64,000 nt of DNA from Klebsormidium nitens (lineage: Eukaryota > Plantae > Klebsormidiophyceae): positions 12,166 to 76,165 of the forward strand of contig DF237401.1 of the NCBI GenBank assembly GCA_000708835.1, in the 5' to 3' direction. The notes under the pieces are model-generated. The model worked only from the letters and a program-made list of their open reading frames with translations. It made no database searches and was not told the origin of the DNA. Positions 23,213-39,799 of this stretch are shown in pieces; position 1 is the stretch's first letter; each line of letters begins with the position of its first letter. The translations under genes were made by a program, and so were the position numbers.

Positions 23213-26200
23213 ATGTCTGATCAAGGCTCACAGGGCAGTGTCTCTGGGAGTGGTTACGATGGAGCATTCGCCGACTCCCTCCTGCGCAGCTGTGACGAGG
23301 AAGCTGCTTCCCTGCAACATGTGCTGGGGGGCCCTCTACAAGTATCAGGCTGGACTTTGGGAGCCAGGCTTGGGGAAATGCAGCCAGGTGTGAATCTCAG
23401 CGCTCCCCCATGATTAATCGGATACAGTTGCATTAGGAGAAGGATGTTCTCTTGGAGCGCTCTTTCATGGCTTGGGTGTTTGCAGTGGTGAATCGAGGGA
23501 TCCTCTCCTCCGCCCAATCTCCTTGAAATGCTCGCTCCAGGAGTTCAGAACAGTTGGTGAATCTACTTTGAATAGATGCCACTGATGCGCACTAAAGTGC
23601 AGTGCCACTGCAGCGATCCTCAAGCTCAGGCAGGACTTGCCTCTCTCCCCTTGGATTGCCAGTGTGCAGGCGTCTCACCGGTGTGCGCTGTTTTTTGAAG
23701 CAGGTGGTGCAGATACTCTGCTGTTGCCCAGAGGAGCTGTGAATGCTGGGGTGCTGCCGCAGCATGGTGGGGTCGGCCAATTTGCAGAGACAAGTGGGCA
23801 GGAACCTTTGGCTTATGTAAGCATGACATCAGCATTGCAGAATTGGACTGCAAGGTCTTCGGTTTTTCTTGTCACGAACCCACTCTGTATCTTGCTTTTC
23901 AGGGCTGCAGGCTCAATGACAGGCAAGGTAGAACTTTGCTATGAAGTAGACTGTGTTCCTTGCCAGGCTGCTGACAGCGATCATGAAAGACAATGGACTC
24001 TCAGCTCCCAGCGTGGAATCAGGGTTCTTATCTGAAATGCAGAGTTAGAAAGGAGCCCGGTGTTTCCTGTGAAAGGCTGTCCTTCAAAGCCATCTCTGTG
24101 TCCTCATGCCAGGTCCGCCAGTCGACGGCTAGCCAACTTCAGCCGGGACCTTGCGATCCAGCTTTCTTCTCCACCGGCAGTCCCGACGTTCACTGGGCCA
24201 GCACGTCGAGCAATCATGCGTCCCAGGGCTTGGGGCCCGTTAAGCAGCTTTCCTTTGGGCCTGCCTTAATCCACGCAAACCTGCCCCTAGAAACAACCCC
24301 TCAGAGCTGGCTCCAGCCGGAGAAACACCTTCGGACGAGCCACAAAGCAGATCTGGCAGCAACGCCCCTCTCCCAAAACCAGTTGCGCAGTCCTTCCTTG
24401 GATCTTGGCTGGAGCCTGCAATATGGCTCTTTCTCTCAGGCTCAGCGCTACAACCCAGTCCGGCAACACCTCGTTGCTCCAAAGACAGGCGTGGCCACAA
24501 GCCCTGAGAACCGGATCCCCATTTGGCAGCACGAGGGTTCACATGTCCAAAGTGCAGCCTTTACAGGTAGGAACGTGTGTACAAGCATGTTTCATGTGCT
24601 TCTGAACAGTGACATAAGGTCCACTGGACGTTCAAAAGACCCCCTATTTGAGTCCCACGAAATTTGCAGACCAGTTGCTCAGCATCACCTGACTGGGACG
24701 GTGCCACATCCTGTGTGTCTGGATAGTGTTGCAGAGCAGTCAGGGTTTTGTAGGATCACCACTCTCGAAAATTTGGCAAGACGTTTCTTAAAACCTCTCT
24801 TCTGGCACTGTGTATTGTAACATGGGCTTAAGAAGCAAACTGAAAGAGGGGTTGTGAGAAAGCTGGTAGAGCCAATTGCTGTAAACGTCGATCCAATAAT
24901 ACACACGAAGGGTTGGTTTCTCTTGTGCAGACGTGCGGGGGGAGCAGACTCCAAGGTCTGCCCCACAAACGCCTATCCAGAAGGACAACATAGCAGCAGG
25001 GAGGCAGCCCCAACATGCCAAGCCAAGTCTGTCCAGCGCTCCACAGGGGCGTCACTACATGAGCGCAACATCTCTGAGCTTCCAGGGGCACCCATCTCAG
25101 GTGAGCAGTTTCACGGGAACTTTGCACCAATGTGTTCAATCATCCTGTCATGTAGTCAATCAAAGGCTCACCCTTTTTCCTGGGGTGCAAGGGTACAACT
25201 CAGGTAGGGGTGCAAACATATAGCCCCTGAGTTCCTGGCTAGTTGAAGGGTCTGAAGGTGTTCCTTTTCTTGCAAAGGACGGTGTTTTCAACTGCATCAG
25301 GTACTCCTTTTTGCTGGCTGAAAGCACCCAATTGTCTCGTGTAGTCAAAGTGATCTTTGTGCCTTTTTCACTGAGCAACAACCGGCTTCCTCTGTCGCTT
25401 TCGAAGCTAAAGCAAACAAAAGTGGTCTCTACCTCTCAGTGCATGGTACATAGCCCTTGCCCTTACCTTCTCGCTGTGTTCCTTTGGTTGCCCCCTTGCC
25501 CATCCTGTCCTTTTCTGACCTTGTTCGATCCCCTTTCGTCCAGGTGTCCCTGCAGCCCCTGCGCGACCAAGCCGAGCACCTGCTGCGCAACCGCCTGGTC
25601 CATCAGTCCGCCCACCGCTTTGAGGGCGGGCGCATCGGCCGGCGGTGGGAAAAGCAGGAGAACCGCGAGAAGAAGCTGCATGCGCAATCTCCTGGGCCAC
25701 TGCCCCTCAGCTCTCCACCACCCCTGGCACCGGACCTCCACTCGCTGCCCCGTCGGCAGCAGGCCCCTCCCCGTCCCCCTGGCCTGCGACTAAACGCCCT
25801 CTTCCAGGACAGCACTCCCGCCATCCCTAAGCCGCACCACGCTAACCTGGCCGTCAAGCAGGCACACGCGACAGAGTTGCGCTACTCTTCACCGGAAGTG
25901 ACGCGACAGGGGCCCCCCGTGCCTCAGTTCAGCCAAAGGTCAGATCGCAGAGCTCCGCTGGCGCAAACTGGGGTGCCTGCAGGTGACGCGCTGTGGCAGT
26001 CTGGGGTCAGCTCGCTCCAAAACCAGCAGGGGCCGGGGCACTCCGCTCATTGGCAGCCAGCGGAAGAATCACTGTGGAGCAGACAGCAGGCACCCGTCGT
26101 GACGGTCATTGGCGCGAAGGAAGGGCAGGGTCCGGCTCTGAATCTAGGAGACCGCTCTCACAACTATGTGGGTGGTCAGCACTCACAGCGGTTGGTTAGC

Positions 26201-29052
26201 GGCCAGGACATGGACGTCGGCCCGCACTGGCACGCCGTAGCAGGAAGGTCCGATAGGGGGCCCAACCCGGACTTGGCGCATGTGGCAGGCGCGATGCACA
26301 GCCAAATGCAGCCGAGCACCCATCCAGCCCCCCAGATCCCCCACGTCCCCCAGGAAAGGGGTCAGAAGGACTCGTTCGGAGCGGACACGCCAGCCACGCG
26401 GGCCCTCCAGTCGCAGTTGTCGAGCACACAGCGAGCTCTCGGCGGGGCCAAGCATGGTGTCTGGCGCAGTACTCACCCTGCAGGCACGGTAGAGGACCTG
26501 TCGGGGCCGGAGCAACGGAGCCCTGTTCAAAACACGGGGGCCCTGGACACGGCCGAATCGTCCGCTGAGCACGTGCCATCCCAAGCGACCCGGCAGCGGG
26601 GCCGAGCGCCGAGGAAGGCGGTCCGAAAGACGACGCAAGGGGGGACGCCCGAGAAAGTCGAGCTTGTTGGCGGACATGCTGCTGTGCCGGAGAGCAGCTT
26701 GCCTTTGAGGACAGGGGCGCCGCAGGGGTGGCTGGGGTACTCAGACGGAACGGGCGTACTAGGGATAGAGTCGCACCACGAGTTGTTCCCGAAGGACGAC
26801 TGGGAGGTGAAGCCGGTCGGCGAGCAAGGCCTCGAGGCAATCGCGGAAGCGGCGGAGTACGAGGCTGTGGACCAGTATCCAATGGGCAGGTTTTCGAGGG
26901 CGAGCGCGAAGTTTGACCAGGCGTTGGGGTTCGAGAACGTGGACGAGTTCGGGAACGAGGTGTCGGAGGGCAAGAAGAGGCCGCGCGGCGAAGCAGAGAG
27001 CGAGACGGAAAGAGCTGCATATGTATCCAGTGTCGAAGGTCAGGCAGCCTCAGTGTTTATCGTCTCCTGATAGTTTCTCTTGAACTTGACTCGCGAGGCC
27101 ATTCAGCGGGCAGCAACGTCACCGACGGCTCTTTGTCTTTCCCATCTGCGCCGGGACTTTGATTTGGTGTGAGAAACTTGAGCAGGAGTGCCCCTGGCTG
27201 ATGGCAGGTCGTTCTTCGGTCAGAATGCTTACGAGGAAAGCCTGACGTCACTTTTCTTCCCTGCAGCTCTGAGTGGGACCAACGCTGCTGCTCGAAGCCG
27301 GATTGCCTGCGAATTGGAGAAGCAGGCAATCATTCTTGCCCTGGAGGAAGGTAAGAAAGCGCTATTAGGTCCTCGTTTGAGACGGGGACGGTCTCGTTTG
27401 CATTACGGGTGCGTTCGTCGTGTCGCTTAGCCCTTCTGGAGATTCTAGATGTTTCTCTCTCTCACACTGCAGTGGCTGGTCAAGCGCTTGTTTCGCTGGT
27501 CAAGCGCGTCTTCCGTTGTCCGTTGTGCCTTTCCTGACGGTCTGCTTGGTCCACATGGGCCTGGCTACTTGCACCTCGTACCTAGTTCGGAACCCCTTGT
27601 ACAGATTCGACGGGTCCAGAGCTTCCATTTAATTGGCCCCCGAGTTCCCGAGCTGACGTCAGTGAGTCTGTGCACGGTGCAGGCCACGTGGTGAAGCGCA
27701 TCAAGCTGATGGGCATCCTCAGCGGCTCTGCTCCTCGAGCAGCTCCCGAGCCTGCTGCGTCCTTACCCTCTGGCGCCGTCTGCCCTCATGCGGGCCCGGG
27801 GCCAGCACGAGGCGATGCAGACGTGGTGTCCGAGAACGGAGGCCCTTTTCTGACTGGGCCTCCTGTGAGTGGGACGGAGATGCCGGGCTTGCAGCCTGTT
27901 GTAACTTACAACGACGTCACAGGAGCCCCAAGGACTGGGCGGGATACTGTGAACGGAGGGGACGGATCAGAGGGGCATGTGGGGCCCCCGCAAAAGCCGC
28001 TAACCTCCGCAGTGCCTACAGCCGGGGCTCCTTTCTCTGCATCGGCACAGCAAGACGCGACCCCCTTCGATCGCGCTTCTGGCCACTTTGCGGTCCCGAG
28101 CGATCCTGGTCAGCCGACCGCACACTTCTTTGCGGACGTCCAGGACGCCATGTCGGACAGCGAAGACAAGGAGAACATCCGGCCCAAGGAGGACACGGCA
28201 GCCAGTGACGACATGGACTTCGAGACGGACCTGGACCAGTCGCCGCCGCAACAAGAGCAGAGCGGCAACGCGTCGCCGGTGCTGCTCACCCCCTCAATCG
28301 GCGAAGGGCTGGCCCACTCCGTCGGCAACGTGGTTCTGTCCTACGGAGCAGGAGCAGCCGGGAGCTTTGCCGAAGGCATGGTGCTGCAGAGGCCCGTCAC
28401 AAGTCCGCTCGGCTCGAGCGAGGAGATGGGGGAGGACGATCCTTTGTTGGCGCTGCAACCTGCAGCCAAACGTCACAAGGCCGCTCACCTTCCCCAGCCG
28501 GTGGCGCCCAGCACCCCTGCTGAGGTAGCCACCAATGCTGCCTCCGTGTTTGGTGCCAGCCCACCTGCCGACGCGTGGGAGAAGCACGACAGCCCACCCC
28601 TTCGCTCGAAGGTGGTCAAGTGTCTCGTGAGCCACCCCCTGACGCCCCCCAAATCGTCCTTCCCGTCCTTCCCGAGCCCCGCCCACCAGACCTTGCCCGT
28701 CGTCACCCGTCGGTCGTCTGTCTCCTCACGAACCCCCTCACCCCCCGGCGTCAAAGCAGGAGGGGTCCCCTCCCCCAAGTCGTCCCCCGACAGGATGAGG
28801 CCCGCGCTTTGCTCCGCCCCTTACAACCTGGGGTCGCCCACCAAGAGCCGGGAGGGGCGAGGCCCCTTCTCGTCCCCTCAGAAGACGTCGCCAGGGAGGA
28901 AGACGATCCCGTCCCCCGCGAAGAGCCGGAACTCGACCGCGAGCCCGCCTAAGAAGGGCAGCAAGGGGTCGGGCCCCTCGTCGAGCAGCTCACGAAGCAT
29001 GGGCCCGTCTCCACCGAAGTCGAGCCCCGCGAAAATGGCAAGGTTGATCTGA
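23213..29052 (+). CDS. Uncharacterised, largely low-complexity/disordered protein, ~1286 aa, with an S/P/K-rich C-terminal tail
   Basis: Phase-consistent GT-AG model: 23213-23387, 23704-23816, 24113-24566, 24931-25100, 25544-27038, 27267-27350, 27683-29052 (3861 nt). Supported by long ORFs 25457-27070 and 27670-29052. The 5' exons are less certain, and a probable non-coding exon ends at a donor near 22185. No family recognised. Confidence 0.7.
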
Positions 29053-30641
29053 CGAGGTGTTAGCTGAATCGCAATCGCAGATATCTGTAGAAGGTAGCAG
29101 CGTTGTCGAAAGAAGCCCAGATGAATGTTGAACGAGCGCCAACCCTAGTTCCTTTAATAAGGAGTAGAATCGCAATCGTCAGCCGAAGGCTGTACGAACC
29201 TCGCTTAGGCTAAGTATCAGCCTAGGGAAAGTGGCACTCAGAGCGCCTCTAGTGTTACTCTATGCCCAGGATCAGCTCACCAGCGAGAGTAAACGTGTTG
29301 GCCTAGGGTTTTTCAAGCTTGCAGTCTAAAATAAGTTGCGTTGCAAGTGGACCGTATATGCTTGATGGAACCTCGTATGCGTTTGAAGCGCTGAGGCCAT
29401 TGCGTCATACTGGCAACGCTCACTTGCACTAGAAGCCGCTTGCACTAAGTCACATAGCTCCCGGGCAGCCAAACTAATATCCTAACCGCGAACAAATCAC
29501 GCTGCGCACCAGTACCCACCCTAACCCCACCCGTCCCCCGAGTGCTTATCTTAGTGCAGGCTGCTCTTAGTGCAAGCTAGCGTCGCCGAACTCATCATGC
29601 TTTGATGACTCATGGATGCCCGCCCAAAATATGCGATGGTGACCCCCAATACGCCTTGAAGAAAGGCAGCATGCGAGGAACATGTGGGTGTATGGCAATC
29701 GTTAGACTCTTATAACAGTCATTGCTGCACGCATTGAGCCAGCAGACACATATACGCATAGGATATGCATTGTACGCATAGCTATAAGACACTCAGAATA
29801 GGAAGTCAGATCTAAAGTACTCAACTAGCGCGCGTGGCTGCAGTATATTTGCGCGCGAGACTACGTGCACATGCAGCTTCATGATTGTGCATAACCATGT
29901 AAAGCTATTATCACATTTATTTGACAACACGAAACAAGCTATCATTTCACTGATTCGATGCGTGCAGGGTAATGTTCGTTGCTTTGCTCAAAAGGTTATG
30001 TAAGAAATGCTCCCGCGATGTTCATCGAGAAGTGAGTCAAGCCACGCTGCAGCTCGAAAATTGCTAGGAAATACGTACATTCAGCATTTAGTACATGGAT
30101 GAGGTGTCCTTGCCATACTTGTAGCTATAGCTGAGCTAGCTGCAGGTTGCTTTGGGACATTGGAAAAACCACACCAGGTCGAAACCATAATCTGTGATAG
30201 CTCACACGTAGCGCTAAGCTGCTTCTTGAGTTGTGCACCAGACAGGGAAACTTTTGGCAGCTGTACTTGGACACAGCACCATGGCACGATGCCCCTGTAA
30301 TCGGCCTCGAGACTTGCAGCGTCGAGGTTACACGACCCCCAGAATCAACAAGGGTACGAACTTCTCTTAGCCAGTCTGGCAGGGTCGCTGGAACGGCCTA
30401 TCCATTATATATTATAAAAACAAAGCTTGCAAGGCAGTACACAGTGACAAGTAGACGTGGCCTATCTGTTCCTACTAGGGCAAATAGAGCATAAACATCG
30501 TCCTCGATTTGAGTCATCCGGAGAAAGAAAACCCGACTTTATTTGAGCAGCACTTTTTGTCACACCCCCCACGGCGAAGTCACAACGATGCAAACGTGCT
30601 GGGAGCCACCAACCCTTGAGCGAGCAACTGAAAGAGACCGC

Positions 30642-33727
<3,086 letters not shown>

Positions 33728-35864
33728 TTTGCAACTTCCAATGAACACAACCTGTCGCACGTAGCGGTCTTTTACCAGTCAAGGTTCGCCCACGTCTCAC
33801 ATCCAGGCAACTGCGATGCGATGCAATGTATCGCCTGCAGCCCTTGCCGGCTCCGCAATGTGATTATGTTCTACACAGCGCAGACCGAAAAGTGACGTTT
33901 CTCTCTGCTTGAACTCCCGTCTGCTATTGAATGTGGTTTTCCACACAAGATAACGAATCTACAGTGCTCATAGAAAATGACTTGGAGACAATGCAAGTCT
34001 AAGACCCTCGGTTCCAACCCCTAGCTTGCTGCTTTGGACTCTTCAGCTCAAGCCTGAGCACACGGCAAACCCTGCACAAGATTCTCCCAACCTCAAATCT
34101 TACTGTTGTGATCTCGGGTGAAAATAGACAGGACTAGGCAACCTAGCAAACCCGCGCCATTTGTGGCGAGATTGGGCTCCGGATCTGGATAATGGGAGCT
34201 GACGGAAGAGCTGGCAGCTGCCCTCCAAGTCTCCAGCTCAAGAACTCCTCCAACCGCTCAACGGACCAAGTTGTAAGATAAGAGCTCCACAGAAGACCTG
34301 GCTGGCGGCCCCCGCACAGTGCTTTATAACACAATCCTGGACAATGCTCCTTGCCCCGCAACTTCAACTTCAAGTTCACGGGTGCAGCGTGCTACCGTAA
34401 AGTCTTACATACCTACGTCTACCTACTTCGGATTGTCTACGGATTTCTTGCTTTTATAGGTCCTATATTTGAAAGACTCGGACGGTCCGATGAATTTCAT
34501 CGACGGTTGGCGAGAACTCGTACCTGCACGAGGGTAGCACTGGGTACTTGGTACATACTACCATCGGTACATACCTAGGTAGTGAGTACAGGCGGCGGCA
34601 CTGCAGTGACTGCACAGTGCAGGCAGTGCGGTACAAACCAGTGGTAAATGCCGGCCGGCCGCTCCGAGCTCTTAGGCTTCTTAGCCTAGTCCTAGGTACA
34701 TTTGTCATAATACATACCTAGGTACTTACTATTAGTGCGTGCCCAAGTGCCTTGACATTGTGGGCTGTCCAAAGCACGTGCACAAATGCCTAAAAAGAGA
34801 CTTTTAGAGACAATCTCAAGGCTCGAGCTACTGGGTATGTACATTCGAACTTCGCTCATGTGCCACAAATGGCTCCTGCACGACTCCAATGGCTTTCAAA
34901 TCGAATATTTTGTACAATTGAGTCGCTAAGGATTGTCCTATTTGATTTAGATGTCATAGTCCGGGCCCTTCTCTTCATGTCTTTTTGAGCCTGTAGCCTA
35001 CCTAGAAGTTAAATTAACAAGTGTGATTCAACAATACCATGGCTGATAATTTCTTCGATCTTGCATACCACTCCGTACGATACAGCCATGCCCACTCAAC
35101 CACCATCTTTGTCATGTTCTAGGGGTCTTCTGTCTAGTCTCCGTGTGACCAACTACGTCATTGGGCCTTCCATATGTACACCGTCGGCATACGGTGTCCG
35201 TGATTGTTACTCTCGCCTCTGGTTGCCAATTTGCACCGTTGTTCTATCTCGATCAGATGCACATTTGCAGTACACTTAAACACCTTCTATCCATACTTCA
35301 AGACTCTTTTGCTGCCCTGACCGGATACACGGTTTAGAGTTTTCGTCTGCAACGTTGCTAAGAAGGCAACACAACTTTCAAATCGGGAACCTTTCAGAAG
35401 ATTGCTTCGACATGGCAATCTGGATTGCACTGCCTGGATATGCTGAGGTCATGCAAGTTTGTCATACATTGGACACACTTGTAAGGTTTTAGGCTTAACT
35501 GGATGTGTTGGAAAGTCATAAACAAATACAAACTTCAAAGGTGGATATTCTTATTGCATCATGTGCCGACCCTACTATTTACTTTGACAGCAGTTGATGC
35601 CCCTTTGAATATCAGGGCAGTCTTTAGTGTTTGCACGATGCCAGGTCGACAACCCATGTCAGGGACTATTTACGGAAAGTGAGCACTCCGTCTCGAGATT
35701 GAGATAGGTTTCTCTCATACTTTAAATGCTCAACATTCTTGAGAACAATTGCAACCAAATAACGACCACCAAGCGTCGACCTATGGCAAGTCCGTCAACT
35801 CCGTCAATCAGTGACCAACAACTCTAACTGCGCCTTCCCCCTTTGCATTCGGCCAGGTTCCCAT

Positions 35865-38800
35865 TCAAACTGTCAAGTGATTTGCAAAGTCGTGCATCCC
35901 CACTTTCGCAGCTCGAGCACTAAGCTTTTGAAGGGCACCTGCTTGAATCTGCCTCACTCTTTCCCGCGTGCAGCCATACCTGCAATATAAGTCGCAGTCC
36001 GCCTTGTTCAATAGATGCTTGAAGCAGCCAACAGCATCAGATGCAGTTTCAAACGACGAACCTCGAACCGACGACAGGAGTGTCCCAGACACAAGAATAT
36101 TTCCGAACTAGAGTTTGATACCCACGCCTGATGTGACTACATCAAAGCCAAATCGTCAATAAGCACATGTAAGCAAGCAAATAAGTATCTATAAGCCCCC
36201 ACAGTCTTCAAGAGTCCAGTCCAAACAGCCCCGAAATCCAACTCAAAATTCAGCAGCCACCTGTCGTGCTTCTTACTCACTTATGGCCCAAGATCTCAAA
36301 TGCTAGACCCGTCCCTTCGTATTCCCCCAGTCCAAAGCCATGGTTGACGATGTCCCGCTCCCTGGAGTCTAAGCAACCGAGCAGCCGGTGGACCTCCTTT
36401 TCCTTGAAGCGGTTCTCCGCTTCGAGGCGGGGGTTCGCCTCAGGTGACGGGTCGTGCACCATCTGCAACCCGAGGTTGAGAGTCACGATGACAGGCAGGA
36501 GAAAGCGGCTGTTGCAATATCCACCATGAACACAACGGGTTTACAGGAATCGGATGAGCAGAAGGCTGATAAGGGCCGGAGATGCTCATAGTGACAGGTG
36601 CCAACAGGCAGGGCAACCTCCACAAGTAACTCCAATTTTGTTGCCATCCACGTCACAATAATGCATGTCTCATTTGTTTGCAACTCAAAGAACATGACCG
36701 GTCCAAAATCCCTCATCAATATGCATTTAAAAACGAGCCTGGCCTCACCGAACCAAAAGTCCACTCTCTGGCATCAGAGTCGGGGAACCTGGAGCCCATG
36801 CTTGCGTCCCAGGAAAACATTCTCTGGCTCATCTGCAGGAGTGCCCAAGAAGGGTCAGTGGACCTGGTGTGCAGTTGACCGTCAACACTAGACTGCGCTG
36901 AGCTTGCAGCCTTCCTTCAAAAGTATTGGGTGCTCAGACACCAACTTTTCACCATGCATCAAACGGAGACTATGAGCGGCGTCGCAATATGCAAACGCGG
37001 TGGCAAGAACTGATTCGCCGGGGTGGTTGATGAATTTGATATCAAATGTTCTAGTCTGAAATTCAATCCGCGTGCACAAACACACCGAGTTCGAATCGTA
37101 CTTAGAAACAGAAGATTGCGACAGCTGACGAGTACTCTATGAGAGTCGAGTAATCTGTAATAGTTGCAGGAAAGTAGATCACTTACGGCCACAAGGCAGC
37201 TTTTGACCTTGACTTGAGGGATCTTCAACTCCTGAGCAATGTACTGCATGCCAAGAAATCAAGGTGAGCAGCATACCAACAATTTTATTTCCAACAGCTG
37301 CTCCATATCATAAATAGTTACACTTCCACGCAAGGAGAAGAATCTCGGCCAGTTTCTCCATCAAACCTGCAGCTCTGTCAACCCAGTTGTCCAATTACTG
37401 AATTACAATCGATAGGTTCTTCTCGTGGACAGCCTCCTTGCATCGAGCAGCCAAGCAAAGCTAGCCAGGCTCATACACTCGTTGCTCCACCCTGTCTGAT
37501 CTCAGAGCGCAACAGTGTTTGAATTTCAGCTTGACCTGTGCTTGCGATTCACAGCAAGGGCCTGACAAATCTGCGGTGTGTGCATCAGCAAACTATCAAG
37601 TAAGCCCAGTATAACATCTTATCTGCGCCCAGACTGGCGTGCGGAAGAAACCGGGGCAACTTTCTCAAAAGCACATCCTGCCCTATGCTGCACAGACTGA
37701 TATAATTCTCTAAAACAGGCGTACCATAAGCCATAATCTCACCTCCGGAGTCAAATCCTTTGATGTCTTTCCTGACTCCCGAATTAGGCGTCGGATGCGG
37801 GAAATGGCCTCGTGCATATGTACAGGCATCTTGATTGTCCGCGAGCTGTCGGCAATTGCCCGGGTGCAAGCCTGCAGAAGATGCCCTATGTTAGAAGCAT
37901 AGTTTCTTTGATGTTTCAGAGGTTACACATTTGTAATGTCCTCGCTCGCCAACAGCATTGCCAAGATCTACTAAGAGATGGCTGATCAGTTGTAAACCAA
38001 AAAATTGTGAAGCATCGCCCCGAACCAGGTGAATTGCCATCGCCATTACAATCGATCTTTTCAGATTCTCCTGAGAAGACAAGCCTTAAGAATTGAAAAT
38101 CCTGCAGCCGCATACCTGTCGAATCCACCAATGGGTGTAGGTTGACAGCTTGTACCCTCGTTTATATTCAAACCTCTCAATACCCCTCATCAACCCAAGG
38201 GTGCCCTCCTGCAACCAGCGAAGTGTCTATGTTTAGAACCTTTGATGTTGTAAGCAAAGCAAATCTTGATGAGAAGGATTGACTTCCACCTACCAAGCCA
38301 CAGGTTACTGGTCTCCAACCCCATCAGCTCTAGATTGCAGAAGCATAAATTTGTGATCACTTTGTGAAAACAACCGGATTCAAGCTTCCCAAAACCGACT
38401 GCTCAGTCACCTGGGACAAACCCCGCAACACGCAGTCCAGAATCAAATGATGCACTTTATCAAGCACAACGGCTGGCACTCAAAAGAGCGCAAGCTTCAG
38501 GCGATTAGCAGCAAGCCAGTTTCAAGCTGTTCGCAGATATCTGGTCCCAGTTCCTGCACTTACCTGAATAAGGTCTACTAGCGGAAGCCCAAAAGAAGCG
38601 TAATTCTTGGCCACTGAGATCACAAGTCTCAAGTTGGAGACGACCAGCTTTTCTTTCGCACTCTCAGCATGTCGGACCCGCCTGACCAGCTCCCCCATGT
38701 CATCGGCCAGCTCCACATGGACTGCCCACTCTTCTAGGGTTGCCTCCCTCTCCAGCGCATGCTCCAGCCTGGGAATTGTGCAAGTGCCCGGTGAGTCTGA

Positions 38801-39799
38801 GTCACCCCTAAAGTTCCTGCCGGCAAAGTCATACCAACAAGGCCCAACAAGTCACGCGATATGCAGGCTTGTGTCAAGAGACCCTTGGAATGACAAGCCA
38901 ACCGATTGGGCAGGCTGGCATTTGCCACACTTGACGAAGGATTTCTTGTAGGCATTGACCAGATGCAATATTAACCAAGAGCGCGAAGCCTACCTCTCCT
39001 TTGCAGCTTGCAGCTGCTGCCCGATGTAAACCTTTTTGCACAAGTGCTTCTCCTCCTCCGGCGTCAGCAGCTGGTGCGTGTTTAGACATTCCTCAAATAG
39101 CGAGAGGCTCTCGTCCAACCCCGCCTCCGCCCTTTGCTGCGCAACTGCAGCCGCCCTCCGTGCAGCCTCACTGGAGGAGCTCCTAACCCCACTGAACTCG
39201 GGCACTGGGTCCCCCTGCGCAGTAAACCGCTCCTTCCGAGTCTGCAGCCGTCTCCTCCGTGCGGGCCCGGACATGTTTGAACTGCTCGGCCGTATTCTTG
39301 GTTGAACTGGCTTTGCTGGTTTCTTCACTCTGGCCCGAGCCTCTCTTGCGCCGGCTTCTGTACAGGGCGCCTCCTCCTGCGCCTCCTCCTGCGCCTCAAA
39401 CTCCCTGCCTGACGTTGATGGCAGCAACCCCTCGTCCTCCTCCACAGAAGGAAGGGCCCACTGCGTCTCCAGCAAGGTCCTCTTCAGCTCCAACATGTCC
39501 AGCTCCGCTAAATCCAACGTAGAGGCCACCGCCGATGTGCCAGCAGCCACAACCCTCGCCGTGACTCTGTCCCCACGCTTCGCTTTGAGAGTGCTACCGG
39601 CATTGCTGGCAACTGATTTGACACACAGCACCGTTGGAGGACTCGTCACAACCTCCTGTGTCCCCCGTGCCTGAACGCAGGGAATTGGCAGAAAGGACTC
39701 CTTGGCATTTGCAAGTCCTTGAGGACCCTGCCCCAGTCCTGCACCAAGAAACGTGTTCGAACGCACAAGGGTTCCTTTGCAGGAGATGAGGGAGGCCAT
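35865..39799 (-). CDS. SIG: Nuclear-encoded plastid RNA polymerase sigma-70 factor, ~556 aa
   Basis: Exons (-): 39799-38994, 38768-38564, 38208-38116, 37871-37743, 37243-37187, 36832-36749, 36462-36281, 35979-35865 (1671 nt). Region 1.2 [10 protein letters not shown]; region 2 [44 protein letters not shown]; region 4 [28 protein letters not shown]. The N-terminus is S/T/A-rich and transit-like. Subfamily not assigned. Confidence 0.94.

Noticed and set aside
27290-27350. IACELEKQAIILALEE as a TRM/DUF4378 TON1-binding motif
   Set aside because: The resemblance is loose and the motif is internal rather than C-terminal; it cannot be supported without an HMM search.
35865-39799. Sigma-70 factor as bacterial contamination or recent horizontal transfer
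   Set aside because: It has seven canonical spliceosomal introns and a transit-like N-terminus; nuclear plastid sigma factors are normal in green plants.
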